Shown: in pieces, positions 26,858 through 35,703 of the stretch
Layout of the letters: the number at the start of each line of letters is the position of its first letter
Position numbering within the stretch: position 1 is the first letter of the stretch
Source of the DNA: a virus
Taxonomy: Duplodnaviria; Caudoviricetes
IMG/VR virus record: IMGVR_UViG_3300032233_001783
Location: 1-37,629 of that record
DNA: 37,629 nucleotides
Strand: one strand, 5' to 3'
Translations under genes and position numbers: made by a program
Notes under the pieces: model-generated
What the model saw: only the letters and a program-made list of their open reading frames with translations
Databases searched by the model: none
What the model was told of the DNA's origin: nothing

Positions 26858-28554
26858 TGATTACCTTTGAGCGTGTTCGATATCAGAATTTTCTGGCAAC
26901 CGGAAACGTCCCGATTGATATCCTCCTCAACAAGCATACTTCGACGTTGATTGTCGGACGCAATGGTGCAGGCAAGTCCACCATGACGGAAGCGGTCTGC
27001 TTTGCGCTCTTCGGACGCGCTTTGCGGAATATCAACAAACCAGCACTGGTAAACTCCGTCAACAAACGAGACGCGCTCGTCGAACTGTGGTTCACGATTG
27101 GAGAAACCCAGTATCTGATTAAACGCGGCATCAAACCGAACGTGTTTGAAATCTATCAGAACGGTGTAGTGATTCCAGCACCTGCCGCTATTGCGGATTA
27201 CCAGACTCTGCTGGAGACGCAGATCCTCGGCTTGAACTACAAGAGCTTCATGCAGATTGTGGTACTAGGAAGTGCGTCGTATGTGCCGTTTATGCGGCTT
27301 TCACCTGCGGCACGACGAGAGATCATCGAAGACATTCTCGACATCGAAGTCTTTTCCGCGATGAACACGCTTGCAAAAGATGAACTAAGCACACTCAAGA
27401 CCCTAACCGATTCACTCTCGCAGCAGCGTACGTTGTTGGACGAGCAGGTGCGTATGGGTGAATCGTTTACCACACAGATTACCGAACAGCGAGATGCGCA
27501 ACGCGCATCCATTCAGGTAGCGATTGATGACGAGACCGCGCAGATTGCGGCACTTCACGTAGCGAAAGCGGATGCGAAAGAACGCGCCGAACAGTATCGG
27601 TCATCACACGAAGTCTATACGCAAGCAAAGGACAAGAAGACGGAATTTGAGACGACATTTCGAGCGATTGTATCACGAGAAAAGAAACTGGCAAAAGAGC
27701 GCGACTTCTATACTGCTCACGATGAATGCCCGACGTGTACGCAATCGATTACGCAGGAATTCAAGCAGTCTCGGTTTGTCGTGATCGATGGCAAAGAACA
27801 GAGTGCGCAGAAAGCCAGACAGGAATGTGAACGACTCATCACCAAGTATGACGGTGTGCTGACCAAGACCAGTGCGGATCTGTCTGTATTGGAACAGACC
27901 GAGCGAGAGATCGCAAAGATCGATATGGAGGTTCCCATTCGTAAAGCACGAATTGTGGAACTCACCAAGCAGTTGACCGCACCAATCGTGCAACCACCGG
28001 CAGTCAATCTGGATGAGATTCGGGAACGGATTGCTGGAATCCACGCCCAGCAAACGGAAACTGCCGCGCGTCGAGCGATTGTTGATACCGCGAGTACCTT
28101 GCTCAAGGATAGTGGCATCAAGTCACGGATCATCAAGCACTATCTACCAATCATCAATCGTCAGATTAATCACTATCTGACCGCAATGGATTTCCCAATT
28201 CACTTCACGCTCGACGAACAGTTTGAGGAGCATATTCAGTCACGATTCCGTGATGACTTCTGCTATGAGTCTTTCAGTGAAGGTGAGAAGAAGCGCATCG
28301 ACCTCGCGCTACTGCTGACATGGCGGGCGATTGCCAGACTCAAGAACAGCGCATCGTGCAACATGCTTGTACTTGATGAGGTGTTTGATTCGTCACTGGA
28401 TGTTGCTGGCACTGAGGAGTTCTTGAAGATTATTCATGCACTGGAAGATGCGAACATCTTCGTTATCTCACATAAGACAGATTCGTTGATTGATAAATTT
28501 GCACACGTGCTGCATTTTGAGAAGCAGCGTGGATTCTCCACACTTCGAAAGTAG
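26857..28554 (+). CDS. gp46: Recombination ATPase gp46 (Rad50/SbcC-like)
   Basis: GRNGAGKST, CPTC zinc hook, FSEGEK signature, LVLDEVFDSSLD, VISH. Confidence 0.97.
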   Translation: MITFERVRYQNFLATGNVPIDILLNKHTSTLIVGRNGAGKSTMTEAVCFALFGRALRNINKPALVNSVNKRDALVELWFTIGETQYLIKRGIKPNVFEIYQNGVVIPAPAAIADYQTLLETQILGLNYKSFMQIVVLGSASYVPFMRLSPAARREIIEDILDIEVFSAMNTLAKDELSTLKTLTDSLSQQRTLLDEQVRMGESFTTQITEQRDAQRASIQVAIDDETAQIAALHVAKADAKERAEQYRSSHEVYTQAKDKKTEFETTFRAIVSREKKLAKERDFYTAHDECPTCTQSITQEFKQSRFVVIDGKEQSAQKARQECERLITKYDGVLTKTSADLSVLEQTEREIAKIDMEVPIRKARIVELTKQLTAPIVQPPAVNLDEIRERIAGIHAQQTETAARRAIVDTASTLLKDSGIKSRIIKHYLPIINRQINHYLTAMDFPIHFTLDEQFEEHIQSRFRDDFCYESFSEGEKKRIDLALLLTWRAIARLKNSASCNMLVLDEVFDSSLDVAGTEEFLKIIHALEDANIFVISHKTDSLIDKFAHVLHFEKQRGFSTLRK

Positions 28555-28569
28555 TGTATAATGAACACT

Positions 28570-30174
28570 ATGTCTGAATTTGAAATTTGTCGAGTGCATC
28601 CTCTCCTAGAGGACGCCAGAATTAACTGCACGTTTGACGACATTCTTGCAATGAATGATGCCGAGTTTGTCGCTTATGTTGCAGAGATGCGGGAGGCATT
28701 TCTTCGGTATTGGGATACCGAAGGACTACCACCGCGGCGTGGGTGGACGTATTCCGAGATCGACGAAGAGTTTGGAAAGCTCTCTGGTTATGATGTGCAG
28801 AAGTTCTGGAAACAGGATGAACTGATTGAGAGCCGCCGCGTCATCCAGAATACGTCCACCGACGGCAATGCAGTCAATGCGTGGTTTGCAAGTTGGATGT
28901 ACCAGACCCGCATCAATTACAACGAGAAGGACGAAGGGAAGAGCATCTATGACTTTTTCAAACGGGTCGATCTCTTTGAACGATATTTGCCTTATGCTCG
29001 CCGGCATTTTCTTCGTGATAGCTTCTATCTATTCGCGCAAAGTGTTCTAACCGGTAGTGCGCTCCCACATCATCCGGAGATGGTGCCGCAATCTGGATAC
29101 GATTACGTTGTTGCATTCGATAAGCACGAGCGTATCTACGGGGAGTACGAACTTCTCATCGAACCAGTACTTGCAGAAAAGAGTGGAGACTATTCGGGCT
29201 ACGGTGGTAAGCTCCAGCAGAACAAACCACTGCGTCTGACGTTCGACGAGTACACGGACATTCGCGATCATCTACTACCGATGAGTGCGTCACGGAATGT
29301 GCAGGAGAAGCATCTCAACGATACGTATGTGTTCCATCTTCGGCAGTACAAGAAAGGTGAGCGACTGTTTCCGGCACTCTTCCGGTCGTTCCGTATCTCG
29401 ATGTGTCAGTATGCGGTGAACTTCCCACCACTGACAGCGAAACTGCTCTATGAGACGTTCCTGTCGCACGTGACGACGCCGGTCGTGCATATCTACGATC
29501 CGTCGTGTGGATGGGGTGGACGCATCTTGGGTGCGATGTCGTACAATCGACAACTCCCCAATGGTCAGATGCAGCACCTCTGCTATTACGGCACTGATCC
29601 AAATCCTGCCTTCTACAAGAATGGGACAAGTACATATGCCGTTGTTGCAGACCACTACAACGCGGTACGTGTCGGACAATCGTTGTTTGACGTGCCGCAT
29701 GAGTACACCGTCTACCAGCTTGGGAGTGAACTGTTTCATACGACAGACGCATTCCAGCGGAATCAAGGGAAGGGCGATCTCGTCTTCACATCGCCGCCGT
29801 ATTTTAACCGAGAAGCGTACAGCGAGGATGAGAATCAGTCCTACAAGAAGTTCAGCAGCTACGATGTGTGGCGTGATGAGTTTCTCCGTCCGACACTCAA
29901 GAACGCCTACGATTTCCTGAACCACGAACGCTATCTGCTCTGGAACATTGCCGACTTGAAGATGGGCAAGAACTACTTGCCGTTGGAAGAGGACAGCAAG
30001 AAGATCGCTCACGACCTCGGATTCGTCTACAAGGAAACGGTGCTGATGGCACTCGCGAGTATGCCAGGTGCGAATCGCGTGAACGAAGACGGTACAGCAA
30101 CGGCAAAAAACTTCTGTAAGGTCAACGGACGCATTCTGAAGTACGAACCGGTTCATGTATTCTGGAAGCCGTAA
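28570..30174 (+). CDS. Orphan amino-DNA methyltransferase (m4C/m6A type)
   Basis: IYDPSCGWGGR (SAM-binding motif I) precedes DLVFTSPPYF (motif IV); start may be 28561 or 28570 (TATAAT at 28557-28562 favours 28570). Confidence 0.85.
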   Translation: MSEFEICRVHPLLEDARINCTFDDILAMNDAEFVAYVAEMREAFLRYWDTEGLPPRRGWTYSEIDEEFGKLSGYDVQKFWKQDELIESRRVIQNTSTDGNAVNAWFASWMYQTRINYNEKDEGKSIYDFFKRVDLFERYLPYARRHFLRDSFYLFAQSVLTGSALPHHPEMVPQSGYDYVVAFDKHERIYGEYELLIEPVLAEKSGDYSGYGGKLQQNKPLRLTFDEYTDIRDHLLPMSASRNVQEKHLNDTYVFHLRQYKKGERLFPALFRSFRISMCQYAVNFPPLTAKLLYETFLSHVTTPVVHIYDPSCGWGGRILGAMSYNRQLPNGQMQHLCYYGTDPNPAFYKNGTSTYAVVADHYNAVRVGQSLFDVPHEYTVYQLGSELFHTTDAFQRNQGKGDLVFTSPPYFNREAYSEDENQSYKKFSSYDVWRDEFLRPTLKNAYDFLNHERYLLWNIADLKMGKNYLPLEEDSKKIAHDLGFVYKETVLMALASMPGANRVNEDGTATAKNFCKVNGRILKYEPVHVFWKP

Positions 30175-30225
30175 ACGTAACACAAATATAACACATACGT
30201 TACTCGGTTGTAACATACTGCGTAG

Positions 30226-30231
30226 TAAATA
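30226..30231 (+). promoter_or_regulatory. Late promoter motif (TAAATA) for the TonB-dependent receptor
   Basis: GTAGTAAATACC about 30 nt upstream of ATG 30261. Confidence 0.6.
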
Positions 30232-30260
30232 CCTTGCGGACCAGTCTACAAGGAGCAGAT

Positions 30261-33200
30261 ATGTTGAAGTACGTCACACAAGTTTTTCTTATGTGTATGT
30301 TGATGACAACCATCACGTATGCACAGCAGACAGAATCACGAATTATCGGAAAGATTACCGACACTACACGAGCCGTACTGCCTGGTGTGTCCATCACGGT
30401 CACGTCACACCAGACAGGAACGGCTCGTGTTGTTGTATCTGACAGTGTTGGTGTGTATGCTATTACCAATCTATCACCAGGCAAGTATGCAGTTGACGCT
30501 ATGCTTGACGGGTTCGCACCCACACATCGCGATATTGTGCTTGGAGTTGGACAGATTGAGACACTGGATGTGACGTTGAGTGTCGGATTGACTGATGTGG
30601 TACAAGTAGATGCGAACGTACCTGTACTCGATATATCTTCTGCAAAGATTGGCGTGAATGTGTCGTCAGCAGAGATTGAAAGTCTTCCCGTCAATGGACG
30701 AAACTTCGCGAATCTAATGACGCTGGCTACGGGTGCCACTACAGATGGTAATGGTGGGTGGGCAACGGTTCGTTTCAATGGGAAGTCGAACCAACAAAAC
30801 TATCTTAGCTATGACGGTGTTGACGGCACATATGTGTGGGATGCAACACCCAGTTATCTGAACGCAACGGGTTCGCAGTTTCGACTGCAAACATCAATGG
30901 AGGCGGTCGGAGAGTTTCGAGTGAATTCGGGTTTGGCACCGGCTGAGAGTGGATTGGGCTCAGGTGGCAACATTTCAGTTGTGACTAAAAGTGGGAGCAA
31001 CCAACGTAGCGGGTCGGTGTTTACGTATCATCGTAATGACAAACTTGACGCGGTGAGTCCTTACGACAACGTGAAGCAACCGATGCGGCTGAATCAATTT
31101 GGAGGTTCTTTTGGTGGCCCACTCAAAGCGAATCGCACCTTTATATTCGGCAGCTATGAGGGATTGCGACAGACCACAGGTCTCTCGTTCACTGAAGCGG
31201 TGCCAAGCGACACGGCGCGCACACTAATTCTATCATCTGCAAATACCCGAACTCTGGCGGTCGCGCCACTGTTGTCTGGATTTCCACGCGGAACGACCCC
31301 CACGTCCAATCCTCTCGTCTCGCTCGCGACGAACTCCACCAATGCAACCCAGCGTGAACATAGCGCCGCATTTCGGTTTGACCAGACAATTACGGCAAAT
31401 CATTCGTTGTATCTGCGGTATCTCCGAAGCGATGGAACGCTCGACACGCCAGACCGCACGGTTACCCCAAGACGTATCCTTGCGCATGAACACGCGCAGA
31501 ATGTCGTCGTTAACCTTCAGTCTATCTTTGGTCGGGCGGTCAATGAGTTGAAGCTCGGATACAATGTACCACACACAGATGCGACTGCGTATGGTCCTAG
31601 CGGATATGATGCCGTTGGGGTATCGCTATCGGGGTCATTTACGTCATCGTCTATTGATGCCCGTGGCACAACAGGTATTGCAAGAAGTGGATTGCTGATT
31701 CGCGCATCATCTGCATCATCCACGGTGGGTTCTGTATTTGCGCCGCAGTCGGTATCGTTTGCGGACACACTTACGTGGAATCGCAGTAATCATACATTCA
31801 AGTTCGGAACCGAGTATCGAGCAATTCGTGGTGATTTCAAGTATCTTGGTAGTACCGAGATTGCGTATAACAGCATCAATGATTTCATTGCGAATACACC
31901 GAATTCGGTTGCGGTCGCACTGGACTCTCCAATGTTCAGTCCACGGCAATACTATCTCATCGGGTTCGCACAAGATTCATGGCGAATCACACCACGCATG
32001 ACCGCAGAACTCGGTTTACGCTACGATTTCTATTCGGTTGTTCGTGAAGCATACGGGCGGGCGCGTCCCTTCTTCGTTGAAGATAATGCCTTTGCAACAG
32101 ATGCGAATAACTTCTACGATCCAGACTACAATAACGTCGCACCTCGAACATCTATATCGTATCAAGTGACACCAAAGACGGTTGTGCGTGGCGGATTTGG
32201 CATTTTCTACGGACCTGGCCAGTTTGAAGATCGTATTCAGCCCATCGAAAACTATATTCAGCGTCGAAAGGTCACTGCTGCGGATTTACCTGCCGGACAA
32301 TTAGCATACCCTGTACCCACATCCGCATACAAGGACATTCTTGCAATTCGTGGCTACACCCATCATCGCCCTGACGAATACAACGTCCAGTATGGAGGAA
32401 GTCTTTCGCGAGAGCTGCCCGGGTCAACCAGCCTGACTATTGGTTACACAGGTAGTCGCGGCCGCGACATGTTCTTACGAGGTGTAGGAAACACACTCGA
32501 TACGACAACGCTCGTACGACTCGCGCCAAGTGTGGGACAGGTTGACTATAAAACATCTGGATGTCTCAATGGTCTGGTGATTGCGAAAACCCCGATATAT
32601 GGCTGTGGTGTGGCGGCATATGACGCGGTTCAACTCAATGCGACGCGTAGATTCCATCGCGGCGTTACTGCGGCTTTCCAGTATCAGTTTTCGCGAAATC
32701 GAGGCACGACACAAGGGTCAAACGAAGCCGCCACAACACAGAACACATTTGATTTTACGACAGAATACGGCACCAATCCGCAAGACATCCCACACACGTT
32801 CAACGGGTCATTGGTCTATGACGTACACGGATGGCACATCGGCGCGATGGTGAATGCTCGGAGTGGTGTGCCATTGAATGTGACGATTAACCGACCCGAT
32901 AACATCACGGTGAATGGGGTGACGGTTGCCAACATTCCCGGTGGAAATAGTCGAGGCACACAACGTCCTGATTTGATTCCGCATGTGAATCCGTATCTCA
33001 AGGATGGTGTACGGTGGTTGAATCCTGCGGCGTTTGCTACACCGCAGCCCGGCACGTTTGGGAATCTCCCACGCAACTACCTCCGTGGTCCTGCGTTTTG
33101 GCAAACGGATGTTATGGTAAGCCGTGATATACATCGGATGCAATTTCGCGTAGACGTGTTCAATGTGCTGAATCACTTGAACTATGAGAATCCTGCCGTT

Positions 33201-33347
33201 AATCTGCCGAATGGAATTCCAGGCGTTCCGTTTAACTCGACAACTGCGGGCACATTTGGATACATTATGGGACCGCTTAATCGTACGGTTGGACTTGGCA
33301 CCGCACGGCAAGTACAAGGTTCTATTCGCTATTCATTTGGACACTAA
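30261..33347 (+). CDS. TonB-dependent outer-membrane receptor, Oar-like, with N-terminal carboxypeptidase-regulatory-like domain
   Basis: SD AAGGAG; signal peptide MLKYVTQVFLMCMLMTTITYA|QQ; IIGKITDTTRAVLPGVSITVT..GVYAITNLSPGKY; LPVNGRNF; EFRV..VVTKSGSN; LNQFGGSFGGP; FAQDSWRITPRMTAELGLRYD; ends RQVQGSIRYSFGH; 1028 aa. Confidence 0.93.
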   Translation: MLKYVTQVFLMCMLMTTITYAQQTESRIIGKITDTTRAVLPGVSITVTSHQTGTARVVVSDSVGVYAITNLSPGKYAVDAMLDGFAPTHRDIVLGVGQIETLDVTLSVGLTDVVQVDANVPVLDISSAKIGVNVSSAEIESLPVNGRNFANLMTLATGATTDGNGGWATVRFNGKSNQQNYLSYDGVDGTYVWDATPSYLNATGSQFRLQTSMEAVGEFRVNSGLAPAESGLGSGGNISVVTKSGSNQRSGSVFTYHRNDKLDAVSPYDNVKQPMRLNQFGGSFGGPLKANRTFIFGSYEGLRQTTGLSFTEAVPSDTARTLILSSANTRTLAVAPLLSGFPRGTTPTSNPLVSLATNSTNATQREHSAAFRFDQTITANHSLYLRYLRSDGTLDTPDRTVTPRRILAHEHAQNVVVNLQSIFGRAVNELKLGYNVPHTDATAYGPSGYDAVGVSLSGSFTSSSIDARGTTGIARSGLLIRASSASSTVGSVFAPQSVSFADTLTWNRSNHTFKFGTEYRAIRGDFKYLGSTEIAYNSINDFIANTPNSVAVALDSPMFSPRQYYLIGFAQDSWRITPRMTAELGLRYDFYSVVREAYGRARPFFVEDNAFATDANNFYDPDYNNVAPRTSISYQVTPKTVVRGGFGIFYGPGQFEDRIQPIENYIQRRKVTAADLPAGQLAYPVPTSAYKDILAIRGYTHHRPDEYNVQYGGSLSRELPGSTSLTIGYTGSRGRDMFLRGVGNTLDTTTLVRLAPSVGQVDYKTSGCLNGLVIAKTPIYGCGVAAYDAVQLNATRRFHRGVTAAFQYQFSRNRGTTQGSNEAATTQNTFDFTTEYGTNPQDIPHTFNGSLVYDVHGWHIGAMVNARSGVPLNVTINRPDNITVNGVTVANIPGGNSRGTQRPDLIPHVNPYLKDGVRWLNPAAFATPQPGTFGNLPRNYLRGPAFWQTDVMVSRDIHRMQFRVDVFNVLNHLNYENPAVNLPNGIPGVPFNSTTAGTFGYIMGPLNRTVGLGTARQVQGSIRYSFGH

Positions 33348-33350
33348 ATA
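33345..33350 (+). promoter_or_regulatory. Late promoter motif (TAAATA) for hsp20
   Basis: CACTAAATAG, overlapping the receptor stop codon. Confidence 0.68.
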
Positions 33351-33363
33351 GTAATGTTCAACC

Positions 33364-33394
33364 GCGACGATGATGCCTTCGGGGTCATCGTCGT
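33364..33394 (+). promoter_or_regulatory. 5'-UTR hairpin with cUUCGg tetraloop upstream of hsp20
   Basis: CGACGATGAT-G-CC TTCG GG-GTCATCGTCG; about 15 nt before SD AAGGAGG. Confidence 0.75.
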
Positions 33395-33420
33395 TTAACC
33401 GTCGCTCTAAGGAGGACACC

Positions 33421-33894
33421 ATGACTCAGAATTACCTGCCTGCCAGTCTGCTTTCCAACACTTTCTTCCAGACCACTATCGGGTACGACCGGATTTTCGG
33501 CGAACTTCGAACACTACTGGAAACCACCCCGACGAAGCCATCAAACTACCCGCCGCACAATATCATTCAGGTGGATGACCACGTGTTTGATATTCATGTC
33601 GGTGTTGCAGGATTCGATATCGAGGATCTTGAAGTTTATACTGAAAAGCAGCAATTGGTGATTAAGGGCAAGCGAGAACACCCGACCGATGAGAATGCGA
33701 AGTATATCCATCGCGGTCTCGCACTGCGCTCGTTCGAGAAGGTGATTCCCATCGCAGACACGATTGAGCTAAAGGGTGCATACATGAACAACGGCTTTCT
33801 CCGTATCACGGTCGAGAATGTTGTGCCGGAAAAGGATAAGCGCAAGCAAATCGAGATTCGTCACGAATACACCAAAGAACTTCCCACCGAATAG
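33421..33894 (+). CDS. hsp20: Small heat shock protein Hsp20 (IbpA-like)
   Basis: IGYDRIF; NYPPHNI; VAGF; YIHRGLALRSF; NGFLRI; SD AAGGAGG places start at 33421. Confidence 0.96.
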   Translation: MTQNYLPASLLSNTFFQTTIGYDRIFGELRTLLETTPTKPSNYPPHNIIQVDDHVFDIHVGVAGFDIEDLEVYTEKQQLVIKGKREHPTDENAKYIHRGLALRSFEKVIPIADTIELKGAYMNNGFLRITVENVVPEKDKRKQIEIRHEYTKELPTE

Positions 33895-33906
33895 TCCTGT
33901 CCCACA

Positions 33907-33936
33907 GCACCGGGAAGGTTCTCACCTTCCCGGTGT
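33907..33936 (+). terminator. Strong hairpin after hsp20, probable terminator or processing stem
   Basis: GCACCGGGAAGGT-TCTC-ACCTTCCCGGTGT; only a weak U tract follows. Confidence 0.65.
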
Positions 33937-33939
33937 TCC

Positions 33940-33945
33940 TAAATA
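33940..33945 (+). promoter_or_regulatory. Late promoter motif (TAAATA) for dps
   Basis: TCCTAAATAT 30 nt upstream of ATG 33976. Confidence 0.68.
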
Positions 33946-33975
33946 TCCTCATCACTCTCTTTTTGAGGATCCTTT

Positions 33976-34458
33976 ATGTCAACCAACCCATCGTCACCAG
34001 CAGAAGCCGCACTTATTGCGGCAATGAAAGAACTTCTTGGCAACGTCTACGTCATGTACCTTCGTGCGCATGGTGCGCATTGGAACATCGAAGGCCCACT
34101 CTTCGCGAGTCTCCACGACTTCTTCGGTGATATTTACGAAGACGTTTTTGGGTCAGCAGATACGATTGCAGAGGGTATTCGACAGCACGGCGCGTACGCA
34201 CCCTTCAATCTAGCGCATCTGGTTAAGCTGTCAACGATTGGGGACGCGACAATTACGTTTGAAGGAGGGGGTGCGCCCTCACCGCTTCTTCAGGACTTGT
34301 ACGATGTCAATGAAGCAGTGAGAGCGTCGCTCAAGAAGGCGTATCGTGCTGCGGAGCAGGCGGAGGATTATGGTCTTTCGAACTTCTTTCAAGACCGTCT
34401 AGCCATGCATCAAAAGTGGATGTGGCAGATCAAGTCGCATCTGGGTCTTGGTAAGTAA
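33976..34458 (+). CDS. dps: Dps / mini-ferritin
   Basis: HGAHWNIEGPLFASLHDFF..Y..DTIAE.IR..G ferroxidase motifs; HQKWMWQIKS; SD GAGGA. Confidence 0.93.
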   Translation: MSTNPSSPAEAALIAAMKELLGNVYVMYLRAHGAHWNIEGPLFASLHDFFGDIYEDVFGSADTIAEGIRQHGAYAPFNLAHLVKLSTIGDATITFEGGGAPSPLLQDLYDVNEAVRASLKKAYRAAEQAEDYGLSNFFQDRLAMHQKWMWQIKSHLGLGK

Positions 34459-34629
34459 CTATCGCTTGGATTTCACATCCAGACGTAATTCAAATCGTGC
34501 AAGTTCTTTATGCAGAGATGCGACTTCGTCACGCAACCATCGAAGCTGTCGCCAATACCACAGTGCGATAAAGACCGCGACAACCGTAATGATCAATTGT
34601 GAACCGGCAAGGCTAATGACAATATCCAT
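34459..34629 (-). CDS. Small single-pass membrane protein with coiled-coil tail (56 aa)
   Basis: MDIVISLAGSQLIITVVAVFIALWYWRQLRWLRDEVASLHKELARFELRLDVKSKR; SD AGGA before ATG 34629. Confidence 0.6.
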   Translation of the reverse strand: MDIVISLAGSQLIITVVAVFIALWYWRQLRWLRDEVASLHKELARFELRLDVKSKR

Positions 34630-34643
34630 AACTGTCCTATAGG

Positions 34644-34675
34644 AAAATGCCCCGACGATGGTCTGTCGGGGCATT
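34644..34675 (-). terminator. Intrinsic terminator after gp32
   Basis: AATGCCCCGAC-N8-GTCGGGGCATT with a T-run (TTTT) on the - strand. Confidence 0.8.
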
Positions 34676-34682
34676 GTTGTGT

Positions 34683-35621
34683 TTAGTCGTCGTTCAGAAC
34701 GTCAGCGAAGAACTTGCTGACTTCGTCCTCGTCGTCATCCTCGATGACAGACTTCTTTACAGATGCGGTCTTCGGTGCTGCGGTCTTGAAACTCGGTGCG
34801 GGCGTCGGTGCAGGAAGCGCCGCCTGACGCTGAATGATCTGGTCAGCGGTTTCCGGCCGGTCGTCCGCGTCACCACTCAGCGCACGGCTGAATCGCTTCG
34901 CGAGATCATCGAAGTTCTTGAACTGGTCGGGTGCCGTGAATTCCAGCAGTGAGTACTGCTTTTCCCACGTGGCTTCCTTCGATGCGTCGTCTCCTGCAAA
35001 CAGTTCAGAGGGATCGACAAACTCCGACTTATCGTAGTTCTGATACCCACCGACCTTCTGTGCCTTCAGCTTGAAATCACAGCCTTCCCAGAAGTCGAAC
35101 GGATTCGCCGGCTTCTGGTCAGGAAACTGCGGCTCCAGCAGTTCACCGATCTTGTCGGAAATCTTCTTGCCATACTTGAACAGGAAGACCTTCCCGTTGT
35201 TCTCGGGATGCGCGGGGTCTTCGAGAATGAGCACATTGCTGATATAGGTCAGCTTGCGCTTACGCTCACGAGCGATGGTCTTGTCGGACTCGATACCGCT
35301 GTTCCAGAGCTTGTTGTTTTCCTTGCAGACCGGGCACGGACGATTGTCGAGCGTCGTCGGGCAGTTCTCGATGAACCATGACCCTGCGGGCCCCTGAAAC
35401 CCGTGTGAGAAGAGCCGCACATACGGAATGTCTTCGTTCTTAGGTGCTGGAAGGAAACGCAGACGAGCAAATCCAATACCCGTCTTCGCGTCGACGGTGA
35501 GCTTCCAGAAGCGGTCGTCTGTACTACCCTTCTGTGGACTGTTTGTCTTCTTGACTTCTTCGGCGAGCTTGGAGATGAGGTCTTTGCGGGAATTGCGGAG
35601 GGAGGTGAAATTTGTAGCCAT
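34683..35621 (-). CDS. gp32: Single-stranded DNA-binding protein gp32
   Basis: DDRFWKL..G.A.LRFLPAP; SHGFQGP.G.WFIENCPTTL..CPVC; GKVFLFKYGKKI; NPFDFWEG; NYDKSEF; acidic C-terminus. Confidence 0.97.
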   Translation of the reverse strand: MATNFTSLRNSRKDLISKLAEEVKKTNSPQKGSTDDRFWKLTVDAKTGIGFARLRFLPAPKNEDIPYVRLFSHGFQGPAGSWFIENCPTTLDNRPCPVCKENNKLWNSGIESDKTIARERKRKLTYISNVLILEDPAHPENNGKVFLFKYGKKISDKIGELLEPQFPDQKPANPFDFWEGCDFKLKAQKVGGYQNYDKSEFVDPSELFAGDDASKEATWEKQYSLLEFTAPDQFKNFDDLAKRFSRALSGDADDRPETADQIIQRQAALPAPTPAPSFKTAAPKTASVKKSVIEDDDEDEVSKFFADVLNDD

Positions 35622-35682
35622 ATGCGTCTGTCCTTTGCCTTAGTATTGGCACGAGTATGAGTGTCGAATAACGAACGAGTCA

Positions 35683-35701
35683 AGTATAGCACAGATATTT
35701 A
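35683..35701 (-). promoter_or_regulatory. Tandem late (TAAATA) and extended -10 (TGcTATACT) promoters for gp32
   Basis: - strand GCTAAATATCTGTGCTATACTTG. Confidence 0.65.
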
Positions 35702-35703
35702 GC

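Noticed and set aside
29290-30778. 308-aa and 192-aa antisense ORFs
   Set aside because: Opposite-strand shadows of the methyltransferase and the receptor
33370-33420. ORF-track N-terminal extensions (hsp20; likewise gp3, gp55, the receptor and some GTs)
   Set aside because: SD and promoter positions and family N-termini support the downstream ATGs
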